A stretch of DNA of 64,000 nucleotides from Eutreptiella sp. 'Long Island Sound 2002' (lineage: Eukaryota > Protista > Euglenida): NCBI GenBank assembly GCA_964036045.1, contig OZ038378.1:168392001-168456000 (forward strand). Direction: 5' to 3'. Below, piece after piece: positions 45,073 through 57,787 of the stretch. The notes under the pieces are model-generated. The model was not told the origin of the DNA. It did not search any database and worked only from the letters and a program-made list of their open reading frames with translations. Position 1 is the stretch's first letter. Each line of letters starts with the position of its first letter. The translations under genes and the position numbers were made by a program.

Positions 45073-47000
45073 GTGCTAATGGTGGACTCTCAAAGCGACC
45101 CGCCAGTGGTGGACTGCCTGCAGGAACTGTCCCCTGACCGGTACAACCAGTTCATTGTGCTGAGGGACAAGTTTTGTGCTGCTCAGGTACGGACTGTGTG
45201 GGGCCATTGGAGGGCTACAGGAGGGTTTATAGGATTTATGGTGCATCTGGTGAACGATTTGGAATGTGGAGACGCCCTCCAGCAGTATGACATGTCGCCT
45301 AATAGCCCCCACTCTCCTCATCCAACATGGCCTCTCTCACTGGCCGCTGCCCCTCGAACACACCGCACCATTTAGTCCAAAAGGGGTTGGAGGTTGGGTG
45401 TTCTTGTCCACTACCCCTACAGCGAACCCATTGCACAGCTACATCTTTTGGGCCTTCATAGGCTGATGCCCTCCTTCATATGGTACACACGCTACACAGG
45501 TGTGAGGTGCACCATGCGCTGGCATGCTCGGCCTGCCTGGCTGGGCACAGGGGGGTGCGCTTCTGCTGCCAGCAGGGGCACAGGGAGCACGGGGCGGGTT
45601 GCTCTGTGCGGGGCATGGTGATGTGTCTGCCAGCCCGCCGGGGGGGGGGGGCTCATGAGGCTGGGCTTCACTCTGCAGGTGCAGCCAAGGGCGGGGGCGC
45701 CACCCCCAGCAACCGCGCCGAAGAGCGCAGGTGAGGAGGCCCACAGCCCGCAGTCTGGGCATGGACGCTCCTCCGAAGATCCCACTTGTGACGGCGGTGC
45801 GGGTCCTTCCATCGCGCCGCGATACACTGGGCAGGCTTGAGGCAGGCTCTAACCTGCTAACCCTCTCCCTTCCCCGTTGCATTAGCGTCCAGAGCCTTAA
45901 TAGGCAGATGCCCTCCTCAATATGGTCCAATACGTTAGAGAGCAGTGCAACCCACTCGTACCAGAGGATGAAGAGCACCTGCTCTGGTGGTGTGAAGTCC
46001 GGGCCAAGGCGCAGGCGCCTTACCTAGTGGATGTCATGGTGCTAGCAAAAGGTCTGTGGCTGGGCTCCCTACGGGGTGGCCGGCATGCCTACGGATGTGT
46101 GGAATTTTACCGGAGGGAATAGAATCGGTGGCATGGAACATGACAACAGATGGTGCAAACAGTGTAGAGGGCTGAATATAGTCCCCCAAGACTGGTTCTT
46201 GAATCTGCGGACTGAGGGAGCTAGATGAGCTGGCGACAGCCAGGGCGAAGTGGGTAGAAGAGGAGCAGCACCCGTAGGAGGCTTTTGTGCAAAGCGTGCA
46301 TGGCATGTTCCCCGTGGTGCTAAGAGTGCGCAAGCTGCAAGAGGACGAGTCGGGGCTGCTTTTTCCTGTTCTCTTCAAGAGGGAGCCCCGCGATACATAC
46401 CCTTGGCACCATTACAGCTCCAAAGGTTGCCAGCCCAGCCCACAGAGGCCCCCCGGCTGGGTTGTCTACCTGGGGAGTGGAAATGGGGGCAAACCTCCTG
46501 CCGGCACTGCCGGCAATGCTACGGTGGCTGGCAGAACTGCAGTGGCTGGACCCGCCGCCCCTGGCTGAATGGCAGCCACTTGCGCACTAGCAAATATCCT
46601 TCATGGAGCCAACGCCAAACTTTGGATTTGCAGGTCGAGCCCCGCAAGCAAAGTTCGTGGGCGGAGAAATGTCTTTGCAAAAGAAGGAATGCTAAGGCTA
46701 GCAGTCACGCTGCTGGGCAGGGCACTTGGGCAAGGGTCGATCTTGCGAGCCAAAATGACACGCCAATGTAGGTCGCTCATCTGCATAGGAGCGGGGACAG
46801 TCATGGGGGCTGATGGATGCCATCTTCTCACGGAGCTGCGGGCTAGGTGGAAGCACCTCATGAGGTTACGGGCCTATGATGAGGAACGCTGGGCTCGGGA
46901 ATGGCATGCTCATAGATGTCTCCCTCAAAGAGGCTTTGACCTAGGCGAGGGGCCCCAGCTGCTAGGGGGCACCTTTTTCAGCCACTTGACATGGCGGTGA
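45073..47000 (+). mobile_element. Decayed LINE ORF2 C-terminal fragments
   Basis: EEHLLWWC (CCHC-finger tail), AFVQSVHGMFPVVLR (zf-RVT-like) and a terminal RARWKH...ERWAREW. Many stops and frameshifts. Confidence 0.5.
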
Positions 47001-47064
47001 AGACATGGGAGCCCTCCACCGTGCCAACTAGCCCGTAGACCAACACAGGTCTTCCTCAAAAATG

Positions 47065-47350
47065 CCCCCCCCCCCCCCCCCACACACACACGATAACCTA
47101 GGCTGCAGGGGGCCACATGCTATCAAGGAGACGCCGGTGTATGGTGATGGAAGAGAGGCCTAGAAGGCTACAACAGCCGAAAGAGAGCACATGGCGGCCC
47201 TAGTGCAGGAGGGAGATTGGTCGGCCAAGCAACCACAAGTGGGCACACAAATGCATCGGTGGCGGCCCCGGAGGGCACATAAGCGAACAAGGGTGCCCAG
47301 AAGATGTAGGCCATTTTGCTTGTCCCTTGTGTGTGTGGGAGGGGGGGGGG
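47065..47350. mobile_element. Possible MITE with C(n)ACACAC termini
   Basis: C16-ACACACAC at 47065 and TGTGTGTGGGA-G(n)|TA ending at 47350. Another TA|C(n)ACACAC end lies near 47567. Confidence 0.4.
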
Positions 47351-48128
47351 TAGCATCATATTAAGGAGAGAGACGAGTACAAGCTATTTGGGTGGGTTGG
47401 TGTATACGATCGAGGCCATATCATGGCTAGCATGCCTGCTGGTTGCGGCTCCCCATCCATACATACCACACTTGTCCACCTGCCATGATATGAGCAAAGC
47501 ACCCATAATGCGAACCTGACCCTACTCATCGATGCTAGTATCCCTCACTAATATGCCCGCTCTACCCCCCCCCCCCCCCACACACACATTCCGTAGAAGA
47601 GGCAGAACCACCGTCACAAAGGGGCATTAGCGCCGTGAGCCAAATGGGATGGCTGCCTTCATGCTGCACAAGGGTCTACCTCACAAATAATACAGCCGCG
47701 CCTGCATGTGCAGCGCAACCGGCAAGGGGCCGGCGAAGGAGGAGCTGTGCGCGAAGCACCGGGCGCTACCCTATGCAACATGCGCGTAGCAGGACGCAGA
47801 GCACTGCTGCCGGCGGGCCCATGAGGGCCATAGGATGGATGCTGCCCAGACGCGCACGGCGGCGCGAGCGCTACGGGGCATGGCTGCAGCCTGCCCAGCT
47901 CTTGGGACTGAGCGCAGAGGCCTTGCTAGCGCCGCCACGGGGCTCGCCGGCCGCGCGTGGCAGCGCGCTAGGCCCATCGCAGGACGCGCAGGGGCTGGGA
48001 CGCCTACTGCCGCTCAGCAAGCGAGCGCGGGGTTGACCGTGTTCCCCGTCCTCCTTGCCAGAACGCGCGGCGCGACGAACCATGCGGACCGACATCCCCC
48101 CCTCCCTCCGGTATTCAGTTCTGTCAAA

Positions 48129-48478
48129 GTAATAAATTTTGCATGGGCACACATCCAATGCCTCCGGTTTTGCCAAAAGTAATAAATTCTGTATGGGCAC
48201 ACACCCAATGCCTTCAGTTCTGCCAAAAGGAATAAATTTTGCATGGGCACACACCCAATGCTTGCAGTTCTGCCAAAAGTAATACATTTTGCATGGGCAC
48301 ACACCCAATGCCTTCGGTTCCGCGAAAGGTAATAAATTCTGCATGGGCACACATCCAATGCCTCCGGTTCTGCCAAAAGTAATAAATTCTGCATGGGCAC
48401 ACACCCAATGCCTCTGGTTCTGCCAAAAGTAATAAATTCTGCATGGGCACACACCCAATGCCTTCGGTTCTGCCAAAA
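48129..48478. repeat. 50-bp minisatellite, 7 units (AATAAATTCTGCATGGGCACACACCCAATGCCTTCGGTTCTGCCAAAAGT)
   Basis: Units start at 48131, 48181, 48231, 48281, 48331, 48381 and 48431. Confidence 0.95.
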
Positions 48479-48559
48479 AGCGGCGCGGAGGGTGGACGCA
48501 CGTCAATCCCCACCTCAGTTGCCACACGTCCTGTAGCCGCAGCCGTTACACGGCAGCTC

Positions 48560-49180
48560 GACGGAGCCAGCCCCCGTCCCGTTACCAATCCAGGGACTAT
48601 GGGGAGGAGGTGCAACCCGCACCTCACCTGCCACATGGCAAGAGCCCAGGCCGCAGCGGTGGCGCCTTTGCTTGACGCAGCCAGCCCCCATCCCGTTTCC
48701 AATCCAGGGACTATGGGGGGTGCTGCACCGGTTCCGGAAGCACCGCAGCCCTCCTTCTCAGATGCTGCAAGCACTGCAGCACTCCTTCTCACCTGCTGCA
48801 AGTATTGCAGCTCTCCTTCGCCGCCACAAGGTGGCAGTCGTGGAGCAGAGCTCCAGCTGTTGCACTGCAGCTTGACACAGTCGGCCCCCATCCCGTTACC
48901 AATCCAAGGACTATGGGGGGGTGCTGCCTCCCACTGCACCCGCCACACGGCGGGGCCCAGGGCCGCAGAGCTGTCCATAGCCGACCGGCGTCACAGATGT
49001 GGTGTGCCTGGGCTCAGGGTCGTCGCAGCAGGGGCCAAGCCTCGTCACCAACGAGGCCCGGCCCAGGAAGGGCAGTACACAGGGGTTGTAGGGGGTCAGC
49101 CGCACGGCTGTCCCTAGCAGCAGCCGCCGCACGGCGGGTCCCGGTGCCGCAAAGCTGTCCATAGCCGACCGGTGTCACAA
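48560..49180. repeat. GC-rich region with internal repeats (CCCCRTCCCGTTWCCAATCCARGGACTATGGGG x3; AGCTGTCCATAGCCGACCGG x2)
   Basis: Visible dispersed direct repeats. Confidence 0.7.
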
Positions 49181-49529
49181 TTGCGGGGCTCCCAGGCTCA
49201 GGCTGACCACACGGCCTGCCAAAAAAAAAAAACTCACGCTGGGCACCCAGCCATGGGGACTTGAAACGGGCCATGTCAATTCATGGCCATGAGGCAGGGG
49301 GGGTGGGCCCCTGGTTTCACCGGACGTTATTTCAGCTTGCCCCCGCCCATTTTCCCCACCCCTTGCCGAAGCCGCCGCACGGCGGGACGGTCCTCTGCAT
49401 GGTAGCCGCACGGCCCATGAGAGAAGCCACTAAGTTAGGTGGTTGTTTTTGCATCCCAGGTGCCCCGGCCGCACGGCCCTTGCGTAACGTCCGCGGATCT
49501 TAGGGTGAGGGGGGGGGGGGTTGTGTCAA

Positions 49530-49878
49530 CGGTGTCTGCCGCGACACACCGGGGGGCTAGGGGTGGGATAGGGCAGGCCACAGGCAGGCTCTAACCCACT
49601 AACCCCTAACCCTCCCGTTGCAAGAGCGCCTAAGACGTTAAAAGCCTTCAACCTCACAAATAGTACATCCCCTAACCCTCCCGTCGCAAGAGCGGCCAGG
49701 ACATTAAAAGCCTTCAACCTCACAAATAGTACGGTCCTTCCGCCGCGCCGCGACATACCGGGGGGCCGGGGGTGGGATAGGGCAGGCTTCAAGCAGGCTC
49801 TAACCCGCTAACCCCTAACCCTCCCGTCGCAAGAGCGGCCAGGACATAAATAGCCATCAACCTCACAAATAGTACAGA

Positions 49879-49880
<2 letters not shown>
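49530..49880. repeat. Complex repeat with degenerate telomere-like CTAACCC motifs, 3 units
   Basis: CTAACCC.CTAACCCCTAACCCTCCCGT.GCAAGAGCG near 49590 and 49800, with a partial unit near 49670. A related copy lies at ~45790-45920. Confidence 0.75.

Positions 49881-49965
<85 letters not shown>
49880..49965. repeat. (CA)n microsatellite
   Basis: Visible run. Confidence 0.95.
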
Positions 49966-49968
<3 letters not shown>

Positions 49969-50199
49969 CTCCTTCTTGGAGTGGAACCCGTCCAATTGGA
50001 GGTGTGAATTGTAAATGCTAAAGTCCATAGCGTGTGGGCATTCACTAGCTACCCCACCCCAACCCCCATGCCGAGGGTGCTAGCGTGCTTGACTGTCATA
50101 GGAGCTCCCTCCCTCAAATGGGGGTGGCAACAGGGGGCTCAGAGCTGGGCCCATGCCAACGGCCACTGGGGCGATCAGCAAGCTTGCCAACTTGGCGGG

Positions 50200-53100
50200 G
50201 ACGGTAGCGGCAGGTTGTTCCATGTTAGGAGTTGGGGATGCCCACCCACCCACACTTCTCCCCTTGCAACCAACGCACACCTTGCCCTGATGGCGTTAGC
50301 GGTGGGTGCACGTGTTCATGGAGGAGGCAAGAACGGGAGTGCATAGGGACATGCACCTCGAAGATACTTATATGGCCTTGTTGCGGGCCCTGAAGGCAGA
50401 CTGGACAGCGGCGGCAGTGAGTGCTAGCAACTGCGGGGAAGACCAAGGGGGTGGAAAGACGGATGGACGGGCCAAAAGCATCCCAAGCCCCGTGGGCAAA
50501 AGGCATCTCAAGCCCACAAATCCTATCTCAAGGGGGGCAGTTGCGGCGGGGCAACCCCTCCCCCCCTTTGGGCGGACTACCCTATGCACCACTCCTGATC
50601 CAACAGGTCTATGAGGCATATGGGGCATATGGACTGGCTGCCAGTCCATTGCAACTCCGGGGAGGAGGGCCCTCCAAGTCTGTCCGAATAAGGGTGAGAG
50701 GGGGATAGGAAATAGGCTCGAAGGGCCAAGCTGTAAAATTCCCCAAAATGATGCCTCCTTACAAGGGTTAGCTAAGGGCAAAGGCATGGTACTCTCAAAG
50801 ACCCTTTAGCAGGTTTGTTGGAGCAGTTGCAATATGTTCAGAGGAGCCAACAAGCATCCAAAAGCCCCCGAGAAATGATTGCTACCCAAAGGCCCCTTTT
50901 GTTGTGCCACATTTTGGGAGTTTTTCACCAAAATTTTCAATATTATTTTGGACTGGGTGCAAAGTTTTACCTGTGCCAAGTTTCGCCATTTCAAATTTCG
51001 CACGCCCCCCCCCCCCCACACATAGTATTTTGCTGATTTCCCCCGTTGTTTGTGGTTCCCCTCTATGTGGTATGTCTTGCACAATTCCACGACCCCCTTC
51101 CACTCTCGTCTCAACGTTCCTTTGAAGGCCAATAGGACATGACATGACACTTGATCGACTTGTGTCAGCTATAGGCAAAATGCATGAGACGACCTGCTAA
51201 CCGAGGAGCACCTTTTTGTCATCTAGAGTGCAAACACTTTGTGTTGATAGAATAGGCTCAAAGCAATAACACGGGTGACAGTCAAAGCCAGAATTATTGG
51301 TCTATCATGGATGGAACTGGAACTACCGAACTTTGTTGCATGTGCATATGAGGACGTGCTTGTGTGGTGGGCTTTGTGACTTGCTCGCGCCCAGGAGCAA
51401 CAAGCGGCCAAAAGCCTCCTGCAACCACTGGGAAGCCTCCGAGAACATTTTGGTTCTGGTGCATTGAAAAGGGGCAGTCCCCTCCCCCAACTAGGGGGTA
51501 TAAGTGGTTTGAACTGGGGGTGTAGCACCCTTCCCCTAGAGGGGGGGGGGGGGGGCACAATGCATTTGAGGCATGGTGCTTGGAATGTGCATGCGAGGTA
51601 ACTTTCATGGGCCCAACCCTGAGAGCCCGGTATGGGGGGGGGGGCATGCCAAGACCCACCAAGGACATTCCCACAATGTGGATCTCCTTCTCTTGGGTCC
51701 TGCGGCCTGGCGGGCATTGATCAGTGCATGGCTACCCGTGTTGGCATCCAAGTGGCTTGCTAGGGGTGGGGGGGGGCTTCCACCTACAATTTCCTCCCTG
51801 GGACGGTTGTATAGTCGCTGTATATCCCGACGCACACGATGTTGCTACCACCGCCTCATGCATGGTGGTGCAAGTAGCAACACTTAATTGATCCCTTAGT
51901 GCTGGGCGCAACCTTGCCACATTGTGGCGCCATGTTCTTCACACACCCCTGTAGCATGGGACGCCGCTTACACACCCCACTATCACCCCTGCCCCCCAAG
52001 GGGCCGTCAAATAGCGGTGTGACTAGCCTTCGCAAAGGAGCTCCCCCTGGTGTCTCATATGATGATTGGCCTTGGGGGGGAGGAATGGGCAGAGGGGCTT
52101 TGGTCCCTCCGCGACCCCAGTTGCCTCACATAGTTATTTGCTCTGGGGTGGTGCATGTATAGGGGCAGGACTACTTGGGTCTAGGATCCATTGCTCCAGG
52201 CAAGGGAGCATTCCAAGCAATGTTTTCCAAGCAGTACGATTGGATATTGTACGTGCTGCAAGAGCCACAACGGCCGCTAGCAGTGGCACTATTGGCGGTG
52301 TCACGAGTGTGCCTATGGGCAATGGATTTGCTGATGGCGGGGTTGGTGGGAGACAGAGAGGTGTCGCGGGCCGGGGCCCCATTGAGCTGCTTTTACGGCA
52401 TAGGCCGCCACATGGCTGGCCCTAGCAAGATAGCTTTGCAACTGTGCTAGTGTGAAGGGCATCGGCGTTGCTATGGGTGTTGGGCGCAAGCTAGGTGATG
52501 TATGCTAAGCTAGCCCTAGGCTTTGAGTCCCCCACCAAACAAACACTGCCCCCTAACACGGGACAATGCCTTGCGCTTCAGGTATTGTTGCTCAGAGAGA
52601 GGGTACAACTTGTGAAGATGGCGATGGGCAAAGTGCTTTTGTTGCTCTAGTCAGGCAACTTGCTACACGGACACCCAAGTTGGCTTTGCACCTCATTGGT
52701 GGCTCTTGGGGGCTTTAAATGCATGTGCCCCACAAAATGCCCGTTGTTCGCGTGCCCCTCCAACTGTGGCGGCCAACATGGTGCAAATGTGGGAGCATTT
52801 TCTCTTCTATTGTTGCAATGCTAGTCAACAACCGGCAAGAATACTTCTTCAGCAACCACCTACAACAGAGGGTGAGAGGGTGAAGGGTGTGTCCATGTGC
52901 CTGTACAACGTCATGTGACAGCCCTAGCCACAAGTAGTGGGGGCAGCATGCCATGGCCCACCATAAGTCTTGGGACAAGTACACGCCCGAGGGCATGGCT
53001 TGGGCTTCGTCCACACCCTTTGTGAGGTGCACCGGCAGCCCATGTGCTCGCAATGTGCCGTGCTGCAACACGGCTTTTTGCATTGCTAATGGTATGCCAC

Positions 53101-53990
53101 CCCGGACATTGGGTGGTATCAGCAAAGGTGGCGGCATCTTCACTAGCATTAATGGGTGGTTCCGCCCGATATGCCGGACGAGTCACCATCCCCAAGTGGG
53201 CATGTTTGGGGTTAGTGCTGGCCGTGTTGGGCCGGCGCCCAGAAGTGCCGGGACTTTCGCCGAGCGCGTGGCAACGATGACAAGACATTGCCTATGAAGA
53301 GTATAGGACAGTGGGGTCCGCGTTGGACTTCCCCGCCTTGCAACCAGCGGACAACCCACATTGTGGCCCATCTGCCACCCTAGGTGCCTCAAAGGGTTGT
53401 TGTCCTAGTCTGGGAAGCAATGGGCAGAGCCTCATGGCCAATACAGCACCCCCACGGGCATGGTGATCCCTGGCCCACCCGCCACTTGAAGTGCCTCACT
53501 AGGCTATCGGCTTGGGGGCGGTGCATGCAAAGAGGTGCCCCAAGGTGCCTTGCAAGGCTATCAACTTGGGACACCGCAAAATGTTGTTGGGTGTGCAAGG
53601 CATGTGGGGTTGGGTATGCTTTTGGGCATTGCTGAGGAGGGTTGGGACTATTTTGGCATATGCCTAGGGCGGCATGGCATCGGCCTAGCATAATGCCTAC
53701 GGAATATTGGTGTGTTGCTTCCACGGATTGACCGGCACCCGGGCCAAGATGTATGCACAGACTGGCAGCATTGCAGGATGGCTTCCTTGTGGGAGGCAGC
53801 GGTAGGGGCGGTGGGGTGCATGAGCGGCACCCCATGCTGAAGGTGTGTAACGACCACGGGCCCCTTTGTACCAAGGGTATTCCAAGCTTGTGGGGTGAGG
53901 CATCGATGTTTGCACCACCATTTAGGCTATGAGTCATGTGTGTCGACATGGCACGTGTCAAGATAGGCAGCTCATACGTCATAGGGAGCT
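50200..53990 (+). mobile_element. Possible highly degenerate non-LTR retrotransposon relic
   Basis: Weak RT-like motifs in the expected order: TPLSPL (~51970), VSYDD (~52055), DYLG followed by a thumb-like helix (~52170), and Cys-rich CWVC..C (~53585). Riddled with stops. Confidence 0.35.
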
Positions 53991-54235
53991 AGGTCGTTGG
54001 GCATGGGCTTGGTAGTGTGGTCGCGGCAGGTGGAGCTAGCCGGGTGGCCTGAGCGAGCCTCAAATAATCCGACGTGACCTCGGTTATTGCCGTGCCAGTG
54101 CTACAGGAGAGTTTGTCCCATTTGACCGGCAGTTTGCAATGACCACACACCCTCCAAACGGAACCCAATTACCTACCATTTGTGTTGCATCATGTGAAAA
54201 ATCTTGTGTAATATGTGTGTCTCCAGGGTAATCAT

Positions 54236-54272
54236 AACAACAACAACAACAAGGACAACAAGGACAACAAGG

Positions 54273-54308
<36 letters not shown>
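54236..54308. repeat. (CAA)n / (CAACAAGGA)n microsatellite
   Basis: Visible run. Confidence 0.95.
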
Positions 54309-57300
54309 ATAATAATGGGGGCACCATTCTTGTGTGCTCACGGTGTGGGGGATGGGAGGGGGGGGGGCGGACATAATTGGGGACGTCAATGTGCACATCC
54401 GAGCTCAAAAGACGCCAGATCGATGTTCCAAGGTCGATTTTTCGTTTCATGGAATGTTTTGCCACAAATTTGTTTCAAATTTGTTCAAAATGAGCATAAG
54501 TGTAGTGGCTGCACATCCCGTCCCATATTGGGATCAAATGTAACATGAGTGCAGACACACTTGCCAACGAGGGCCGCCGAAAGTCCCCGAAAATTCAGGG
54601 ACACATTTCGGTGCTGTCGTCACTAGATGCAAATGTCTTACCTGAGCCCGCCCCCCTCATGGAGATCCTCTACAAGAACCCCTCCCCCCCAGGATGAGTC
54701 CGCACCCCCCACAGGGTGTCCGCCCACGCCCTTGGGCAGAAGAGGCCTAGAGCCAAGCACAATGTAGGCAAGGTAGTGTTGGACATAGAGGTGGCCACAC
54801 CAACACCTTGCTTCAAGTGGGCCAGGCTTAGGACGTCAGCCACGCCCGCTTTCACACCGGTGTGTGTCTGCCAGACGGCTATGCCAGCTTTAACGCCGCC
54901 CACACCCTCGTCAAAAAGACCGGGCCTGGACCCAACACCAGCTTATTCACAATAGAAATACCTTCCGCTTCCCCTCAACTCCCTCGCCCTTGACGCAGCG
55001 AGCGTCCCCTAATCTGTTGTCTTCACTGGATTTGGTGCTGCTGTCATCAGTGTGACGTTGTGCGGCACTGCCCAACATGGACAGTCCCCAGTCTGAGGAC
55101 ACAGTGTCGGTGAGCACTGATGGCACAGGGTCCGCGTGCAGCACCGAGGATTCCAGATGCGCCACCCCCGACCACTATCCCTGTATGTTTGTGTGCCTTA
55201 ACCCAAGACGGCATGTACCCACTGGGTTTTTTCAAACCTAAGGACCCCAAAGTGAAGCCATGGCCCGTGGCAGCTCGGTTGATCGCTAACTACACCACCC
55301 CACCCCACTCATGTTTGAATGCTGGGTGTTTTCCTATGGGCGTATGGTTGAGTAGGACCAGCCAATGAGCAAATCCAGGCACGCGAAACACAAGACGCCA
55401 CGTGAGATCAAGCATGCACGCCACGCCCCCTAACTGATGCCAAAGGAGGGACGAGAGACAGAGAGGAGAGACACGCAGCGAACAATTGACTGGCAACAAA
55501 GGCTGTGTGAAAGCAGGCGCAGCTGGAACACAGTGGCGGATCCGCACCTGACCTTTTGATGCCATCCCCCCCACACACCTGCACCCGCCTTCTTCGCCCC
55601 ATGCCATCAAGCGGCACACGGCCGATCGCATGCACGCCGCTGTCATGCACTACACGATCGCTGCGCACTGTGCAATGGCACCCCGCGTTGTGCGGAGGTA
55701 CACCTCAAGTAAGGACGTGTGCTGTGCACAACCTCCTTTCCATATCCACCAGATCGACGCCAATGTCTTTTACCTTAGCGCGCAGCACCTGCTGCAGCCC
55801 CACACCTCTGCCAGTCAGGCCCACGATGTCCTCATTCAAGTATGCGCCGCATTGCCTCGAGGGGAGCCTCAGCAAAAGCTCGAGGCTGCTCTGCGGCGGC
55901 ACTGCCCGATGCCCAGCGCTGAGAACAAACCTGCCAACAAAAAGGCAACACGACCTGGACGCTGCAGGGCCGCCAACGGGCAGCGGGCCCGCAACGGTCC
56001 AGGCAGCAACGTCACCAAAGGCGGGGTCAAGTGTGGTGAGGCTCAGGCCTGTGACAGAGCAGACAACAATGGCACAGGCAGTGCAGTTGCGATGGGCTTG
56101 CAGGAGCCGACGCACACCGCAAGTCAAGAGTCTCCACCCGGGGCTGTGGACGTGGGGCTGGGGCGAGGCCAGGGTATCAAGGAGTCCAAGAAAGAAGACC
56201 GAAGCCGCCGGGCAGGTACCGCCCCATCCCGAAGTTGCGTCCTTACCGACCCGCTTGCTGTGCACTGCCTGCGCCTTCTTCTGCGCCGTATGCCCTCAGA
56301 TAACATTTAGCTGAGACATGAGGCCTCCCAAAGCAGACAGATCGCTGTGTTCACAACATGTGGAACTTGCTTTAAATCCACAGGATATATGATTTCCGTC
56401 ATGACGAAAGGCAAAGGAGGCGTGTATATAGTCCCAAGCAGCTTCAGTGAATCGGAAATGCATCCCGAGTTGGACAGAAGGGGAGGGGCCAGGGTACTGC
56501 CTTCCAGAATGCCGGGCAATTATTTGCAGACCAAGCCGAAGCTCTCACCTGGAGCGAAATCAAAGCCGCGCCACAGCCAAAAGCAGACGGGTCAGTCAAT
56601 AACGCAGCAACGTGTCCCCACCCTATGGAGATATCCAATGTGAGGGTTTTTCACATTTTTGGGGGGGTTAGTCAAGTCATGACTCCATTCCCTTATTTGA
56701 TGTCATTATGTGTCCCTAATCTGTGAAATTTTTGCGCGTTTTGGGTCAATTCCTGACTGCATTATGTGTGCCTTTTTTTGGCTAAGGAAAACCCTTTTGG
56801 GGGTCGAAACGCGTAATAGACATTGGAAGTCTTGTGGATGATTGTTTGACACTCTTAATTCTCTTCGTGGTGATTGCGCATTGCCGGGCGCTCATGTCCT
56901 GAAACGTAGCGAGGCTTTCGGGGCAAAACATTACTTCAAAATGCCACAAGAGCACGTTTGGACAAGCTTGCCCAAGGGTTGTTTGTCATTTTATCTTTGG
57001 GAGTAACACAGCAACGTATAGGGCAAGTGTGGCGGATACCATTGACAGATGGTCATGCAATCGTAGATCTGCCCATTTGCAACAATTTGGGCTCTGCCCT
57101 GTGTTTGTCAGGCTCCGGCTGTGAGCCTTTCTTTCATTGCGTTCCTTGTCGTTTCTCTACCCTACGCAGTCTCTGCTAGATGTTCAAATGGTTCACCCCC
57201 CTCTTTTTCGGCCATTCGCAGGACGTGTCCGTGGGCGGTTGGCTACATGTGTACTGCCCCCCACTATTGCAGTGTGCCCGAAGTAGCCAGCAGAGCCACA

Positions 57301-57658
57301 GAAACGTTTCCCTCTGCGCATTCGCGTTGCTCAAACTGGCGGGAGCTGCCCACTGTGGTACCCAAATCTCTCCTCAAACCGCACACGGATTTCATCACGA
57401 GCTGTATGCATCGATGGCCGGTACTCTGTTTGTGCTCTTTTCCGTTTAAGCCTTGGCTTGGAATTCGCTTGGTTCAGCCATCATGGCACATCGAGCCGGG
57501 AGGTGGGAAAAGGAATTTCCTCGCACGAGAAGCTACTCAGTGGCCTGCATCTCGGAACGGCCCAGTGATGATTTGCTGATCCCCGGACATCACCGGGGTG
57601 TTCTTCCCTCACGTTTAGCGACCATTTGCAATAATGATCCTGGCCCTCACCACCGCAG

Positions 57659-57787
57659 GCTGTGGGAAGGGCAGCAATCGTGGGCCTCCGTTGACGCTGC
57701 ATTGCGTTGTGGTCCACTTCCATCATATTTTGAACGAGCAGAAGAGGGAGGTGCTGCAGACATGGGCCCATGAATTGGATTTGAAGG
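57659..57787 (+). CDS. RWDD2: RWDD2-like (DUF1115) gene exon: ...CVVVHFHHILNEQKREVLQTWAHELDLKG
   Basis: Matches the RWDD2A/B C-terminal HHI..Kr..i..WA.EL.L.G pattern. Acceptor caccgcAG at 57657-58 (exact start less certain); donor GTatgc at 57788, phase 1. Confidence 0.75.

Noticed and set aside
47871-48527. Repeat-protein ORFs on the minus strand
   Set aside because: The 50-bp unit is not a multiple of 3, so the ORFs simply cycle through the frames.
54630-54700. U1 snRNA-like CTTACCTG start
   Set aside because: No downstream ATTGCAC loop, Sm site or stem structure.
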